DNA of 64,000 nucleotides from Sphaerodactylus townsendi (taxonomy: Eukaryota). Under the pieces are notes generated by a model. That model worked only from the letters and a program-made list of their open reading frames with translations, did no database searches and was not told where the DNA came from. The stretch's first letter is position 1, and each line of letters starts with the position of its first letter. The DNA is taken from assembly GCF_021028975.2 (NCBI RefSeq), contig NC_059427.1, positions 125,922,001-125,986,000 on the forward strand, read 5' to 3'. Both the position numbers and the translations under genes were made by a program. Below, piece after piece: positions 1 through 13,461 of this stretch.

Positions 1-552
1 GTAATGCGGCCCTGGGTTTGTATTCAATGCAAGCCTTGAAATTCTCACACAGAATCTGAAGAAGAAATGGTTTGTTCCCACAGTAACTAAACACACTTTT
101 AATCCAGAGATTTAATCCAGAGATCCACTGCACTTTTAATCCAGAGATTTGTGTGGATACATGAGAACAGACTATCCCAGCTTCCCATCCCAAATCACCA
201 ATGCCCCTTCTGAGTTTACAAACTCTCCGACAAAACACCATCTTGGCTAAATCATCCGGCACTGAGCCTCAGGAAGATGCAGTGGGAAGCTACATGCAGC
301 CAACAGCACCAAATCCATGGTCCAGACCCCTGCCCACCAGCAGCCATGACTCAGGAGACACCAGTAAACTATTCCTGCTATGACTCACTCTGCAAAAGAA
401 CTTGGCATCAGAGAAGGAAAAAAGGAGAAAGAAAGAAAGGTCATCGCAAACGACAACCCTCCCCCATACATTCACTCTCCCCCCCTGCCTGTAACTCAAA
501 ACATTATTGTCATCAGCAAGTGTCACCTGAACAGGATACATAAAGTACTTAC

Positions 553-631
553 CTGACTTACTGGCTAAGGCAGAGGGATAGAGAAGGAAGGCTTGGAAAC
601 TGGAAGCACAAAGCTCACTGACTGTGCCCAT
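553..631 (-). CDS. CYTH1: Candidate alternative first coding exon of cytohesin-1 (MGTVSELCASSFQAFLLYPSALASKS+G)
   Basis: ATG at 631 opens a 79-nt frame (phase 1, same as the canonical exon 1) ending at a perfect CAG|GTAAGT donor. The N-terminus resembles recalled vertebrate cytohesin-1 isoform starts. Confidence 0.75.
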
Positions 632-3600
632 ATCGACGACTTGTTACAATGCCCTCTCAGAGGTGGGCAGGTGATGAAGCCTTAAGGTAAAAAGAATGGG
701 CCTAGAACACAGCCAGGAGGCTGGAGCCTCTGGAGGGCCAGATCTGCAGCACCAAGCTACTCTGCGAGAAGAAGCAGCTGCCACTTCCTCTTCCTAGCAG
801 GAGTCAGGGGAGAGACACCAATCGAGGGATCCCCCAGTCCGGCTGGAGCAGAAGGAGAAGTAGAGGCTCCCACGCACTGAGGCTGGCCAATCCTAGCTCC
901 CTGCCAGAAAATTATTACTAGTACTGTGCATCTGATGAGGCGCACAGAGCCACTTACAGGGCAATTCAGTTTGGGAACTTTTTCCTAGGTGCTTCCGAGG
1001 CTCCACCCCAGCCACTCCTCCCAGCTGCCCAGGGGAGATTTGGACAAGGGGTATTTTTAGGTTGGTTTTATCTGGCTGCATCATTAGAGCTTTAAGCATC
1101 TAGCAAGCTGGGCTGTTGCATAGCAACAGTCACTGCATAAAGGGAAGGTGTATGCCACTATAGCGTATACAGACGCCAAAGACTGTTGTGGATGTGTACG
1201 GAAAGTGCAAAAAAGCAGCATGGCTGGAGCTGTAGAATGAGGAAGCCAGCAGGACTCTCGCTTCCTCCTGTCCAGCTCTATAAACTGAAATAAGAATCAG
1301 GACCATGTGGATCTTTCTGGTGGACCTGGTCCAAGACCACTTTTTCAAGCAGTGGGAGATAAGACCCTTTCTCCAGGAAGGCAAGATTGGTCAGCTGAAT
1401 CTGGCCTCCTTCTATTCAAAATTCAAATGGCAGCATGAACTTGTGTTCTGCAAAGGCAAACTTGGCATTTTACCGGTGCAGGATTAGGTAGTCTCTTTTA
1501 AAGTTTCTAGTCCTCATGGTAACAGAAACATTAGCTGAGAGCTTGGATGGAAAAAAAGAGGGGTCTAGCTAGCAGCTCCCGTTGTCACAGTTGCTGGCTT
1601 CCTTGTAACTTGATGTGAATTGTACAAGAGGTATTCTCTGCACACCTCCACAAACAGGACTTTCTACTACCTTTCATTATTTAGAAAATGTATATGTCAA
1701 CTCTCAAAAGTCCTGTTTGAGGCAGTTTTCAACCAATACAACACAATAAATCAATTCAAGAGAAAGCCACTAGAACAATCCACTCACACACACATGGCAA
1801 TGCCATTTAGACAAGACAGGGCATAACACTACCACAATACCCATCAAGCAGCTTAAATTAAGATTAAAATTTAAGTTCTTATCAGCCCCAGAAGATGAAG
1901 TCTAGCCAGCAAAGTTGAGACTAATACTCCAAAGTTGAAACTAATGCTCCATTTCAAAGGCTGCAAAATCTTAGACCTTGACAAGATTGTGGCAGCAGTT
2001 GTTTCTTCTGAAACACACAATTCAGGCAGGAAACACAACCCCTATTACTGTACAGTTACACGGGACAAACCAAACCAAAGGGTTTAGGGAAAGCGAAGAA
2101 ACCAGAATCAGGACTACAGAGAAGCCACGTATGGGACCTGTGTGCTGGATACTGCAAAAAAATCACATTATTTGATGATGCTTGGGGGCTGATTCTTGCA
2201 CAATCTGGAGAATTTGTGGACAGCATCTTGACTCCAGATCAGGCTGTACAGGAGCACATCTGCTTGCTGTGCCACCCACTCCCACACCTCGCTTCTCTTT
2301 CCCCAGAGACTGCAAGAAGCTATTGCCTTCAGAAACATCAGCAGCTCAGTGGTACCACATTGACTAGAAAATGAAAAAAGCAGGTGCAGAGGGAAATAAA
2401 TTCATCACAAATCCAACACCTGCACACAATGACTCTCAAACAATTTCTGCTCTTCCAAAAAACAGACTTGAGTCTCACCGGATAAGGGATGTGTGCGTGT
2501 TAGAGACTTGTGGGGGAGGTATTGTCGCTGTGGACTTTTTTATTATTATTACCTTTTGTTTTTATGGCCCTGCTCTGCAGCAACCTGAACTTGATTCTTC
2601 ACCTGCCAGCCAATCCACCACACACTGGCAAGAGAAAGTCTTCTGAACACTAGGACCTGAACAATCTGCTTAAAATCTGCTATTTTTCTTTAGTAACTTC
2701 TGAGCCAATGATGAGTTCTGCAGATCTTGAAAACGTGCATGCTTATGTGACTTTGGGGTTGTCCTTATAAAGGTATGACATGGATTTGTCCTCATAAAGG
2801 TATTAGAAAGGTATTATATGTCTACAGGGAGAAGTGGCAAGCTTAGCTGTACAAATGTAAGCGTATATCCTCGTAGAGAGGTATTCCTCCGCATATCCCA
2901 GGATGGCTACTAAACATTGGAACAAGACTGCATTAGGTAGGCAGCAACATCGGTCTCTTCCTGTCTTAAAGATAGTGCACACAATGGCTTTCTCAACCAT
3001 GGGATTTGTTCCTATCAGTCAACAGATGCCAGAACAGAATGCAGTGAGGATGAAGGTAACATACAGCCTTTACAACTTTATGAACAGTGGCCCTCACTCT
3101 TCTACGTGATCACTGCTGTCCATGACCAGCTCCTGCAGAATCCTTGAGCTGGTATTGACAACACTATAGAGCATTCATTCTAAAACTTACAGACCAAGCA
3201 CTCTCAATCTGAAAAAATCCAAAAAATAGAAGACGTGGCCTCTAGATTCCTCATCTATAGGGGAATTCCTGCAAGGATAGCTAAAATTCAAACTGTTTAA
3301 AAGAGGAAGTCTAAAGATATCACACTTTTGTACCACTTTATTAAACTTTGGGTCTGTTGAGCTTGTAATGAAAGATTAGCACAAAACACAAAACTAATCA
3401 AATAATTTCCTTCACATACAATTCCAATCTGATGCTCAACCAACTAGGAAAGTATTAAACAATTGTTCACAAATTAACTAACTCAAGACTTTGACAATTA
3501 ATACCTTTAACACAAGGACTTAACCCCCCCCCCCCACCAGTTTATGCATTATCATGTTGGTTGGTAGCTGAGAATTAGGTAATTTTGCACTTCCCTTTTA

Positions 3601-4705
3601 TGGTGCTAGCTACACGCTATTGGACATAAATAATAGTGAGAAGACAGTAGTGGTGCACAATTTTACTTTTTTTTAAAAAAGAAAAGAAAATGCCTCTTTG
3701 CAAGATGGAGAAAGGGAGGGAGTAGCATAGCGAAGCAAGAAAGGGAAGTGACATCCAGTTTAAAAAAAAATCTAGCATTTCCCTTGAAATCAGCCTCATG
3801 CACTTCAGAAAGGCCCACAGCTCAGCTGGAAAACCCCTCATGGATTATCATTTAAGTTTTGGAACACTACGTCTTCATCTCTTTTAAAGCATGCAATACA
3901 AGTGTCAAAAGGAGTTTCTTCCAAGAAATACACACCTTTTCCTGCCAGTTACTCAACCAGGAATTTGAAGCCCCCACCAAGCTCATCTGTCGAACTGCAC
4001 AAACAAAACCACTGCAAATAGGGAGAGAATGGAGTTGCAGCACGCATTTCAGCACCCATGGCATTCTTCCCCCTTCTTGTCTGATGAGCCCTCACTCAGC
4101 TGGCATCACTGCTGGTGATAGTCACCCTAATAAGTCACAGTCTCCCTGACAGAAGCAGCTCAGCACCGCAGGATAGCAATTCCCCTCCTTTGGAACAAGT
4201 TTTAAACGTCTAGCAGATGCTACTTGAAATAAGGGCAGCAGATATTTGGATTATCCTCTTTACCCGACCTACACACATGCTTTAGAGAGGGCACAACTAG
4301 AAAAAAGGCTTTTTAAAGAGGGCTAGACCTGCCTGTCTTGACAATTTTGCCCGGGCTGCTGGAGCAGATGCTCCCCAACAGACCACAGGTAACAAGGGCT
4401 CCCATTCTGCGGATTAGCCTCAGAAGCAGAGCTCAGGGAGTCTATAATGACTTCAGCCACCAAGAAACCGGGGGGAGGGAGAGAAAGAAGAGATCGCTCC
4501 AAGGAGTGGCAGGACGGCCCTAACGAGCAGCCAGAACTTAATGAGCAGCTGGCTTGGGCTTTAAACTGCACATTCAGTAGCCCAACATGAAGACCTGGGA
4601 CAAGCACTGTTGGCCCAGAACTGGGAACCAAGACTGTGTAAACATAATGAGAACTGAAGTTTGCCCTTCAGGTGCCACAGCACAGACCAAAATAAAAATC
4701 TAGAC

Positions 4706-5147
4706 CAGTGATGGTGAACCTCGGAGCCCTCTCTGTGGGCACGCACACACAGAGTTCGTCATGTGGGGGACGGAAAATCACACACACATACATCTATGCT
4801 GGCCTGGGCCACTGAGCACTACGTGTGTGCATCGCGGTGAGAAGGGAGGACTCGGCTGGCGGGCCTGGTGCCTGTGCTCCGGGTGGCTGCTGCCCGGGGG
4901 GGGGGGGGGGGCAAAGGAGGCAGAGATGCTAGAGAGGCACAGAGCGGTGCGCGCGGGACTTGCTGGAGGCTAGACCATGCTGGCCCCTACTCGAGTGGGT
5001 GGGGCAGAGGAAGAGGGAGCCAACCTGTTTTTTCTAAACTAAAACCTCAGCATTCAGGTTAAATTGCTGGGTTGGTACGTTACGATAAATAAGTGGGGTT
5101 TGGGTTGCAATTTGGGCACTTAATTTCAAAAAGGTTCGCCATCACTA
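4706..5147. mobile_element. Non-autonomous hAT transposon, hAT1-like
   Basis: TIRs CAGTGATGGTGAACC / GGTTCGCCATCACTA; perfect 8-bp TSD ATCTAGAC. Confidence 0.85.
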
Positions 5148-5974
5148 ATCTAGACCCATAAGAGCAATATGGGAAGGTCAGCAATTCCATTAGAGTGCCA
5201 CAGCAACGGGAGAAAGTCCATAGGCTGGACTCCACATGTCTTGTAGCACCTTAAAGACTAATAATATTTTATTTGAAATAGAACCGGCTTTCACAGATAT
5301 TGTGTAGATTCTTATAAAGCAAACACTTTAAGAAAGAACAGGGAGCAAAAACACACAGGAGGGTTAAGTGGCCCATGAAATGCAGAAATGTGAATATATA
5401 AAATCCAAATCTAATCAATATAAATGCAGATGCCATTTGCTAGGTATGCTAAACTAGTTTTCATTTGTAATGGGTGTGGTTTTCTAAGACAACCTTTATT
5501 TTTATTTTATTTTTGTTGCAATAATAGACTAACGTGACAGCTCCTTCAAAATTATTCACCTTGACATACAACTTTCAAAGCATTACTTGGATCTGAACTG
5601 ACAGCACCTTGTATCACACATAAACTAGATGAGAAAACCAAAGAACATGTTACATAAGCATAGTGAAAGAGATTGCCCTCAGTGAACTATTATTTGATAG
5701 GATACTCCTACTCCCAGATGTTTAAAAGTATCCTCACAACCTGTAAAACACTGTAGATAGATACCATTCTGGAGCACTACTTCTAAGATGACATTGGTTA
5801 CCTGGAGAAACATTGATCAAGACTTCAAGTCCTACAATTTGACAGTAATTTTTAAGTACTTTACGACTGGGAGCACGTACTCTTACAAAGGTGTGTGGCT
5901 GTCCCTGCCGTTTAAAGAGTGACACATGGCTATTTACCCAAAAAGCTACACAACAAGAAAACAGGTAGAAAAAG

Positions 5975-6228
5975 AGTTGGTATTTATACTCCACTTTCCC
6001 CTACTGTAAAGAGTCTCAAAGTGGCTTACAAACTCCTTCCCTTCCTATGCCCAACAACAAATATCTTGTGAGGTAGATGGGGATAAGAAAGTTCTGCAAG
6101 AACTGTGACAAGCCCAAGGCCACTCAACAAGCCCAAGGCCACTCAACAGGCTTCATGCAGAGAAATGGGGAAACAACCCTCATTCTCCAGATTAAGAGTC
6201 TGCTTCTTTTAACTACTACACCATGCTG
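5975..6228 (-). mobile_element. tRNA-derived SINE (Squam3-like)
   Basis: Reverse complement of the family consensus seen at 9658 and 16343. Confidence 0.85.
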
Positions 6229-6569
6229 CCACAGATGAAACAGTCAATGAACAATCAAGCCCTGGAAATAAAATTCCAAAACTTTACCTTTGCAGTGCGT
6301 CTTTATTACATAGGCAAACGGATTTGAAACCTAACTAAAAGGTATATCTACCTGTCCAAAGAACCTGGGAAGTGAGAGTTTTAATACCATACTGAGATAC
6401 AATTCCCAGGAAAGCCGGAGTGGGCATGGTGTCATTCAGGATGGTTAAACAATAGAATTACACATTGTTTTGTCAAACACACATTACTATGCTCTTATTG
6501 CCAACACAGAATGAAATGGGAAAGGGTAGGATCATTATTTGTCCAATGCCTGCTGATATTTCATTACAA

Positions 6570-7170
6570 ATCCCTGCTGGATTAGATCAGTAGCCTGTTT
6601 AGTCCAGCATCCTACAGTCAACAAGTTGCTTTGAAGGGCCAACAACACGGCATAGAGGCTGAGGCTTTCCCCGAAGCGTCCTCCTGCTACTGGTATTCAG
6701 ACATTTAGAAGAGAAATTTCAATTTACACCCCACCTTTCTCTCCTGCTTACAGTTCTGACAAGGTCACCCAGCAGACTTCATGTGTAGGAGCAGAGAAAC
6801 AAATCCAGTTCACCAGATTAGAGTTCATCTGCTCTTAGCCACTACACGACACTGCCTCTGAACATGGAGGTTCCCTTCAGTCACCATGGTAGTAGTCACT
6901 GACAGGCCTATCCTCCATAATGCGGTCAAGGTTTTTCTTTAAAGCTGTCTATCCCGGTCGCCATCACTACATCCACTGGCAGTGAATTCCACATTTTAAT
7001 AACTCATTTAGTGTAAAGTAGCATTTGCTTTTTGTCTACCCTGAATCTACTTCCCATCAACGTCATTGGATGCTCCTGAGTTCCAATATTTTGGGTGACA
7101 GTGAGCAGCTCTCTCTGTCCACTCTCTCCATCCCATGCATGATTTTATAAACCTCTACCATGCCCCCCAC
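6570..7170 (-). mobile_element. Old CR1 3' fragment interrupted by a SINE piece (about 6710-6852)
   Basis: MVEVYKIMHGMERVDRE matches the ORF2 C-terminus of the CR1 copy at 55.5 kb. Confidence 0.8.
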
Positions 7171-9657
7171 CCTCACCCCACAATTTACTTCATTTTGGAA
7201 CCCAACCAGGAGAAAATCATTTAAGAATCCTCTGGGTGGCACATCTGCAGAACACAATATATGCATGGAGAAAAAGGTTAATTACAAACGATAGACAGCG
7301 GTTACACATGTGGTAGAACGCAAATGCTACAAAGCATGACTGCATAAACGTAGTATATAATCCCCTTTTCATATAACCTTTAAAAAGATTACAGAATTAT
7401 AAAACTGTACGCAAATGTCCAAATACAAAGGAGTCTGGTAGTTCTCCTGTTCCTTTATCATTTCAGTGGCTTCCCGAGTACATATCCTCCGGAGTCCTCT
7501 TTAAGCGACTGATTATAGAAGTCCAAAGCATGCACTCTTTGCTCGGCAGCTCTCATTATTCAGCTTGCGAGAGCTGATGCAGGATATTTAGACAATGATT
7601 TTAGAGCTGCAATACTAACCGAAGCAATCCTGGCCGAATGCTCTGGTTGTGTTTGATTGGTTGGAAGCCGTTAAAGAAACTCACCACTGTTATCTAATGA
7701 AAAATGTTTGCAGAGGAGACTCGCATCAAAACAGAAACATTACCGGACTCCTGGGAAAGAGGATTATATGCTACAGGGGATGGGGACGGAGGGGGGGGGG
7801 GGGAACTGAGACAGGGACAGAAGGTTAAGCATTCCCTCACAAACATTCTAGTCTCTTCTCTATATATTCTCCCACCAGATTAGCATCCATGAGCAAAACA
7901 TGTGGCTGGGGAGACCTCAGATGCATTGCTCCACAAGGTTTAGCTCCATCTCCAGTTAGTGGTGTAAGAGCTTCCCTTGAGGCTGGCTTGGTTGCCCTCC
8001 CACCTCTGGAGAGAGGCAATGCATTCTCCTTCGCCAGTAAGAACATGTGCAGCATTAGAGCCTTTCTGCTTCTACCAGTCAGTCACTCACCCCTTCCCAG
8101 TTCTCACGCAGACCCCAACCTCCTGTCCCTCCCCAGTTCTTTGTACAGAAATCCTTTAATCCTGGGGACTGGTAATCCTCCACAGGGCAGGATTAATGCC
8201 ACGACCAATCTGCTTCAGGCCGAGACCAGGAAACACCCACCTCCCTGGATGGGGGGGGAGGGGAGAGACTAGTATTTGGGGAGCCAGAGAAATAGAAAGG
8301 TAAAATCCCCAGCAAAGTAGGAAGCAACTAACTCTTCATACAATTTCCCACTCCTCCGTCATGCAAGTTGAAGGCCTTCACAAAATTGCCTCCTCCCACC
8401 TTGATCAGCACCGATGTTCAGTGCTCAGAGTGGGGAAGAAAAGGAGGCACCATAAATTCAGCACAGGGGAGACTTCTGTGATGTGCAGAAAACACGCTTA
8501 ACTTCCAGTCTGTCGCAGGGAATGCTGGATGGCTGTAAGAAGAAACAAAAGGAATCTTGCAAAGATTAACAAAGATAAACGAATGTTTATTCTGGCCTCA
8601 ATGACTCTGGATTACAGCCCCCTAGGTCTGATATCATGCATCTAATCAAGTGGGCTACCATGGCCAAAGTCATGGGGAAAAAATGCAGTGGAGGTGTTGG
8701 TGTGCCAGCAAATAATATTTTTGGGGGGGGAGGGGGCAAGTGTTGTACTTAGACACATAGTCAGACCCAGTCAAGCCTCAGCAGAACTGTCCACAAGTTA
8801 GCAATCTGCCTTGGACTCAACTGGTGGCTTGTGCAGGTCTGGGAGGAGCATAAGTCCCGCTTGCTGCTTTTTCCAGCACCACTGCCTCCAGCAGTGCTGC
8901 CAGTACCAGCGCTGTGAGAGCCGAGCAGTGGACTCTAATGAGCTGGGTTCGATTTCTCATTCCTCCACATGAAGCCTGCTGAGTGATCTGCCTGTTGTGG
9001 GGGTGGGAGGGAAGGTGATTGTAAGCCACTCCGACACACCTTAAGGTAGAGAAAAGCAGAGCTTAGAAATCAGCTCTTATTTGGACGCCTGAACAGTGAT
9101 CTTGCCAAGGGTGCCAAACAAAATGGTCTGGTGTGCTGTTGGCACATGTGCCTGAAGCTCTGACCCCTGCTCTCATCCACAAAAGAGTATGCTCCACTAA
9201 AGAGAAAAAAACTCAACAGAGGGGATGGCTCAAAAGCATGCAACAAAGGCATAACAGACTCTGTGCCAAGTGAATAACTATGGGGATAGATTCCCACTAT
9301 CAAGGTGCCACTGTAGAGGAGGCTCTGTCTGAAGTGACCTCCCACCCTGTTTCAGAAGACATAGGCACAGAGAGCAGGGCATCCACAATCGCTCTGAATG
9401 AAACAGCAGTCCTTTAAGAACACCTATTGCTGGCTCTCTAGGGCTTCCAATAGGGCTAGCCAGCCCAAATGTAGTCATTTTAATACAAGCCTACCCTGTA
9501 GCTTCTATCTGATTTGTTAGGACAATATATTTCACAGAGGGGTGAATTACCTTTACTCATGTTTTTTTCCATTTGTGTCATTTGCAGAATCTGAATTCTT
9601 CAGAGCAACGTGCTACTGGTAGACTGGTGGAGTATAGTTAATTGTGTAAGGCTCACC

Positions 9658-9946
9658 CCCGCGGTGTAGTGGTTAAGAGCAGGTGCACCCTCATCTGAAG
9701 TTTGAGTCCCCGCTCTGCCACTTGAGCCGTGGAGGCTTATCTGGTGAACTAGATTAGCTTGTGCAGTCCAACACATGCCAGCTGGGTGACCTTGGGCTAG
9801 TCACAGTTCTTTGGAGGTCTCTCAGCCCCACCCACCTCACTGGGTGTTTGTTGTTGTGTGGGGCGGGAGGGATAGGAGATTGTAAGCCCCTTTGAGTCTC
9901 CTTACAGGAGAGAAAGGGAGGATATAAATGCAAACTCTTCTTCTTT
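9658..9946 (+). mobile_element. tRNA-derived SINE (Squam3-like), full length
   Basis: A-box GGTGTAGTGG, GGGTGACCTTGGGCTAGTCAC core, (CTT)n tail. Confidence 0.9.
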
Positions 9947-11103
9947 TCTGTGCCCCAGACCAGAGAAAAAGGGAAATGCAACACTGGAAATGCCTTACTC
10001 TCCAAGTACAATCCTCCTTTCAACTCACCATGATCCTAGGCACTACTATGATTTAGCCACGGCAAGTGTCAATATTTTTTCTTCTACCACCATGGGTGTG
10101 AGAAGATTGCTTTTTAGTAAAAAAAAAAAAAAAAGAATGGGAGAAGTAAAGACATTCAAACTTTTGCTAACAGCAAAACTGAGTTTTAGTAAAAATTCAG
10201 GACACCAATTACCTCAAAGAGACTTCCTAAGACTTATCTACATGCACATACATTTTCCAAGACTTCAGCCATTTGCTTAGATTTAGTACGAAGAACTGCA
10301 ACTTCCCCTGAAGTGAAGAATACCCAAATTTAGCAATATTGTACTGGAAGATGGTGCAATATCAGATGTGAGAGGAAATGGAAGGCTCCTCAAGTATTGT
10401 TCAGTGAAGGGTACAGGCAATCAACTGAGGCCTCAAAGGAAAGAAAAATGGTATGCAAAACTCATGTTCACCACATCCCTCGATGATCAAGAAACAGCTT
10501 GTTACATGCACAGTGCTACACCAATTCAGCTCCCTGTGATCAAAATCAAAAGACAGAAGTTGCATCCTCAGCAACATTCCATCAGCACAACTAACCACCC
10601 CCCCCCCCCCCCGAGCATGCCATATGCACATCTGTTTGTTTTTCTGAGCAAGTTCCGTTGTGAATCTGCTGACCCAGGCAAGTAGATCTTGTTCCGAAGT
10701 GACTTGTACCCACAAAACTGCCAATTCACTGTGAGTAACCAGCTCCCACGGGACAGCGTATTTACAATGTTGCTCCACAGAGAGGAAAGGCTGCGCACAT
10801 CAGTCTGGCTTTTAGGAATCTCACACCAACGCTTAAACATCACAATTATTTTAATGTTTTTAAATCCCATCTTTTACAGTTACCTATAAATGTTTGCAAA
10901 CATGATGATCTCACCCATAGGTCAAACCCAGAGTTCTTCAAGGTACTTTCTAACCATACAAGAATAAAGTATCTGTACCTCACAATACCCTATAACCATT
11001 GGTCCCCCATAAATTACCTCTGCTGTCTGACCTGGATAGTCAAAAAAATTTAAATTTTGCATCTCCCCTGAAAAACAAAAACTATAAAGAGATGGTCAAA
11101 CTC

Positions 11104-11656
11104 AGCTTGGTATAGTGGTTAAGAGCCATGGACTCTCATCTGGAGAACCGGGTTTGATTCCCCACTCCTCCACAGGACCAGCAGACTCTTCTCTAGTGAA
11201 CTGAATTTGTTTCTCTACTCCCGCACATGAAGCCTGCTGGGTGACCTTGGGCTAGTCAGAGTTCTTTGGAACTCTCTCAGCCCCACCTATTTATTTATTA
11301 CTTAGATTCATACCCCGCCCTACCCCCGAAGGGCTCAGGGCAGCAGCAACAATGGAAACTATTACAATAAAACAGAGACAATGTTAATAAATAATTTAAA
11401 ACAGTATAAATAATTTAAAACAGTATTAAAGCTCAAAAAGAGATGGCGACTTTCACTTACTTTATCCCCCCTCCCCCCCCAAAGCCAAAACAGATGATAA
11501 GCGAATGAGGTACCTGATGTGGGGAGAGGAAGAAAAAGGATTATGTAAGCCCCCATAAGTCTCCTTGGAGGACAGGAAGGGGCGTATAAATCCAAACTCT
11601 TCTTCTCTCCTAATAGGACAGAAAGGCAGAGTATAAATTCAAACTCTTCTTCTTCT
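11104..11656 (+). mobile_element. SINE (Squam3-like) split by an insertion, with duplicated tail pieces
   Basis: Head at 11104-11289; tails TATAAAT(C/T)CAAACTCTTCTTCT at about 11585 and 11632. Confidence 0.75.
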
Positions 11657-12116
11657 GTAATTTGCAGGACAGCACTTCTGTTCTGCACTCAAGTCACCAA
11701 GTGACAAACCACCAGTGTCACTAAGTAAAGTCTTCATTCTGGTCATGTAAAATCCAAGAATCCCTTTCTGCATCACTACAACAGTCTCCGCAGATCCCAT
11801 GACTCTCAGGGATGGTCATTTCACCTTCCTTAGGCAGATGGAACTGTCAAACAGTTTGGGTCAACAGAACCAAAGTATGGCCCTTGGACGGCCTCAGAAT
11901 AATTGCAAAGGACAGCAAGAGAAGAATACCCCTCTACTGGTCTGGAAACACGCAGGACAACTGGAAATTGACCATTGAATCTCACTTCAATTCAGACACT
12001 AATGTCCTGCTAGAAATAGGACTTAAAGGAAAGAGCGCCACCTGCTGGTTCCACAGCATCATTCAGCGCTTCCTGTCATTAACCTGAGAGAACTCTTTCA
12101 AAGACAACTACTAGAC

Positions 12117-12235
12117 CAGGGGTCTGCAACCTCCGGCTCTCCAGATGTTTATGGACTACAATTGGCCATGCTGGCAGGGGATGATGGGATTTGTAGTCCA
12201 TGAACATCTGGAGAGCCGCAGGTTGCAGACCCCTG
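12117..12235. mobile_element. Palindromic hAT MITE
   Basis: TIR CAGGGGTCTGCAACCT; TSD TACTAGAC/TGCTAGAC. Confidence 0.88.
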
Positions 12236-13461
12236 TGCTAGACCAACTCCACGAAGTGAAAATGTGCAACAATATTCCCTTGTTAGCAGTAACAACATGC
12301 CTATGGCAACATGGCCAGAAGCATCAACAACAGCCTGTTTTCCCATGAGGCTCTGAGAAAAATTGAAATAGTTACTGACAGCGTTTAGAGCCATTTGAGA
12401 AGTTTGTCTGCCTCACCCCATTGCTGCCCAGTAGCACTACTTTGCCACTTCTGCATTTAACAGCCAATCCGTGGCACCATCACTGAACTTACATACATCA
12501 CAGGCAACTTCTGTGTGTAGCTATAGCATGTCGATGATACACAAGCCTAGCTTTGGCCTTGTTGGCATCACAGACTTAAAAATTTCAGTATCAGACCAGC
12601 ATAGGAGGATATGCCAGTTAGAAGCAAACCCCTCAAAACAGAGTGAAGCTTTGTGAAATATACCCCCACAAGCCTAGGTGGAGAGAGACGGTGTTGCCAG
12701 TGCAAAGCAGCAGAGTCCAGAAAATTGTGTGTCTAAAAACAAAGCTAAGTTTAAGAGGGCACATGTACTATGCACATCTTTTTTAAAAAAGAAAAGAAAC
12801 AGCATGGTCCTAGCTCTCTCCAATTTTATGGATAGAGAACACAGTATGAACAATGCAGGAAGGGGGTTAGTCCAGATAAAACTGGCGGAAGGAAGTGAAG
12901 TCAAACATAGAGAGGTGAGCTGAGAACACATGACCCTCAAGAAGAGGAACTGAGATGTGTGGCAACAGCCTAGTTATGAGGAAAGACGTACTACAGAGGA
13001 TGTGGCATTCAAAACATGAGTGCATGCACAGCAGTCTTTCTCTCTCTCTGTTCTCAGATGTCACACCGGATAGGGCAGAAGAGCCAATTTGCTAACAGTT
13101 TCTGAGCTTGCTTTCTGAATAGGGTTCAAAGTGGCAGAAATTTTCTCAGCAGTTTCATGTGCCCAAATCGCAGCACAACTGAACTATTTCCACTCACTGT
13201 TCCTAAATGATTGCTGGATACAATTGATAGAAACAGAGATTCCAGAGATACCCTTCAAAGGCTTTCTTGGACAGATTCTTTCTATCATAGGAAAATTACA
13301 TCCATTGACAAGAAAGCCCTTTGCTTCCTTTCTATCTGGAACAACCTGACAACTCCCATGCAAATCTGGATAAATTTAGCTGCCCTGTAAACAAATAGGC
13401 CAGCATAGCAGAGACAGCCCCTTGCTCCCACAAGGTTACAGTACTCAGTGTTGTCCTAAAA

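Noticed and set aside
97-149. Short repeats with spacers resembling a CRISPR array
   Set aside because: Only three 13-bp units with irregular spacing, in a vertebrate intron with no cas genes.
9658-9730. tRNA-like A/B-box sequences here and at other SINE heads
   Set aside because: They continue into the SINE body and tail with no complete cloverleaf, so they are not tRNA genes.
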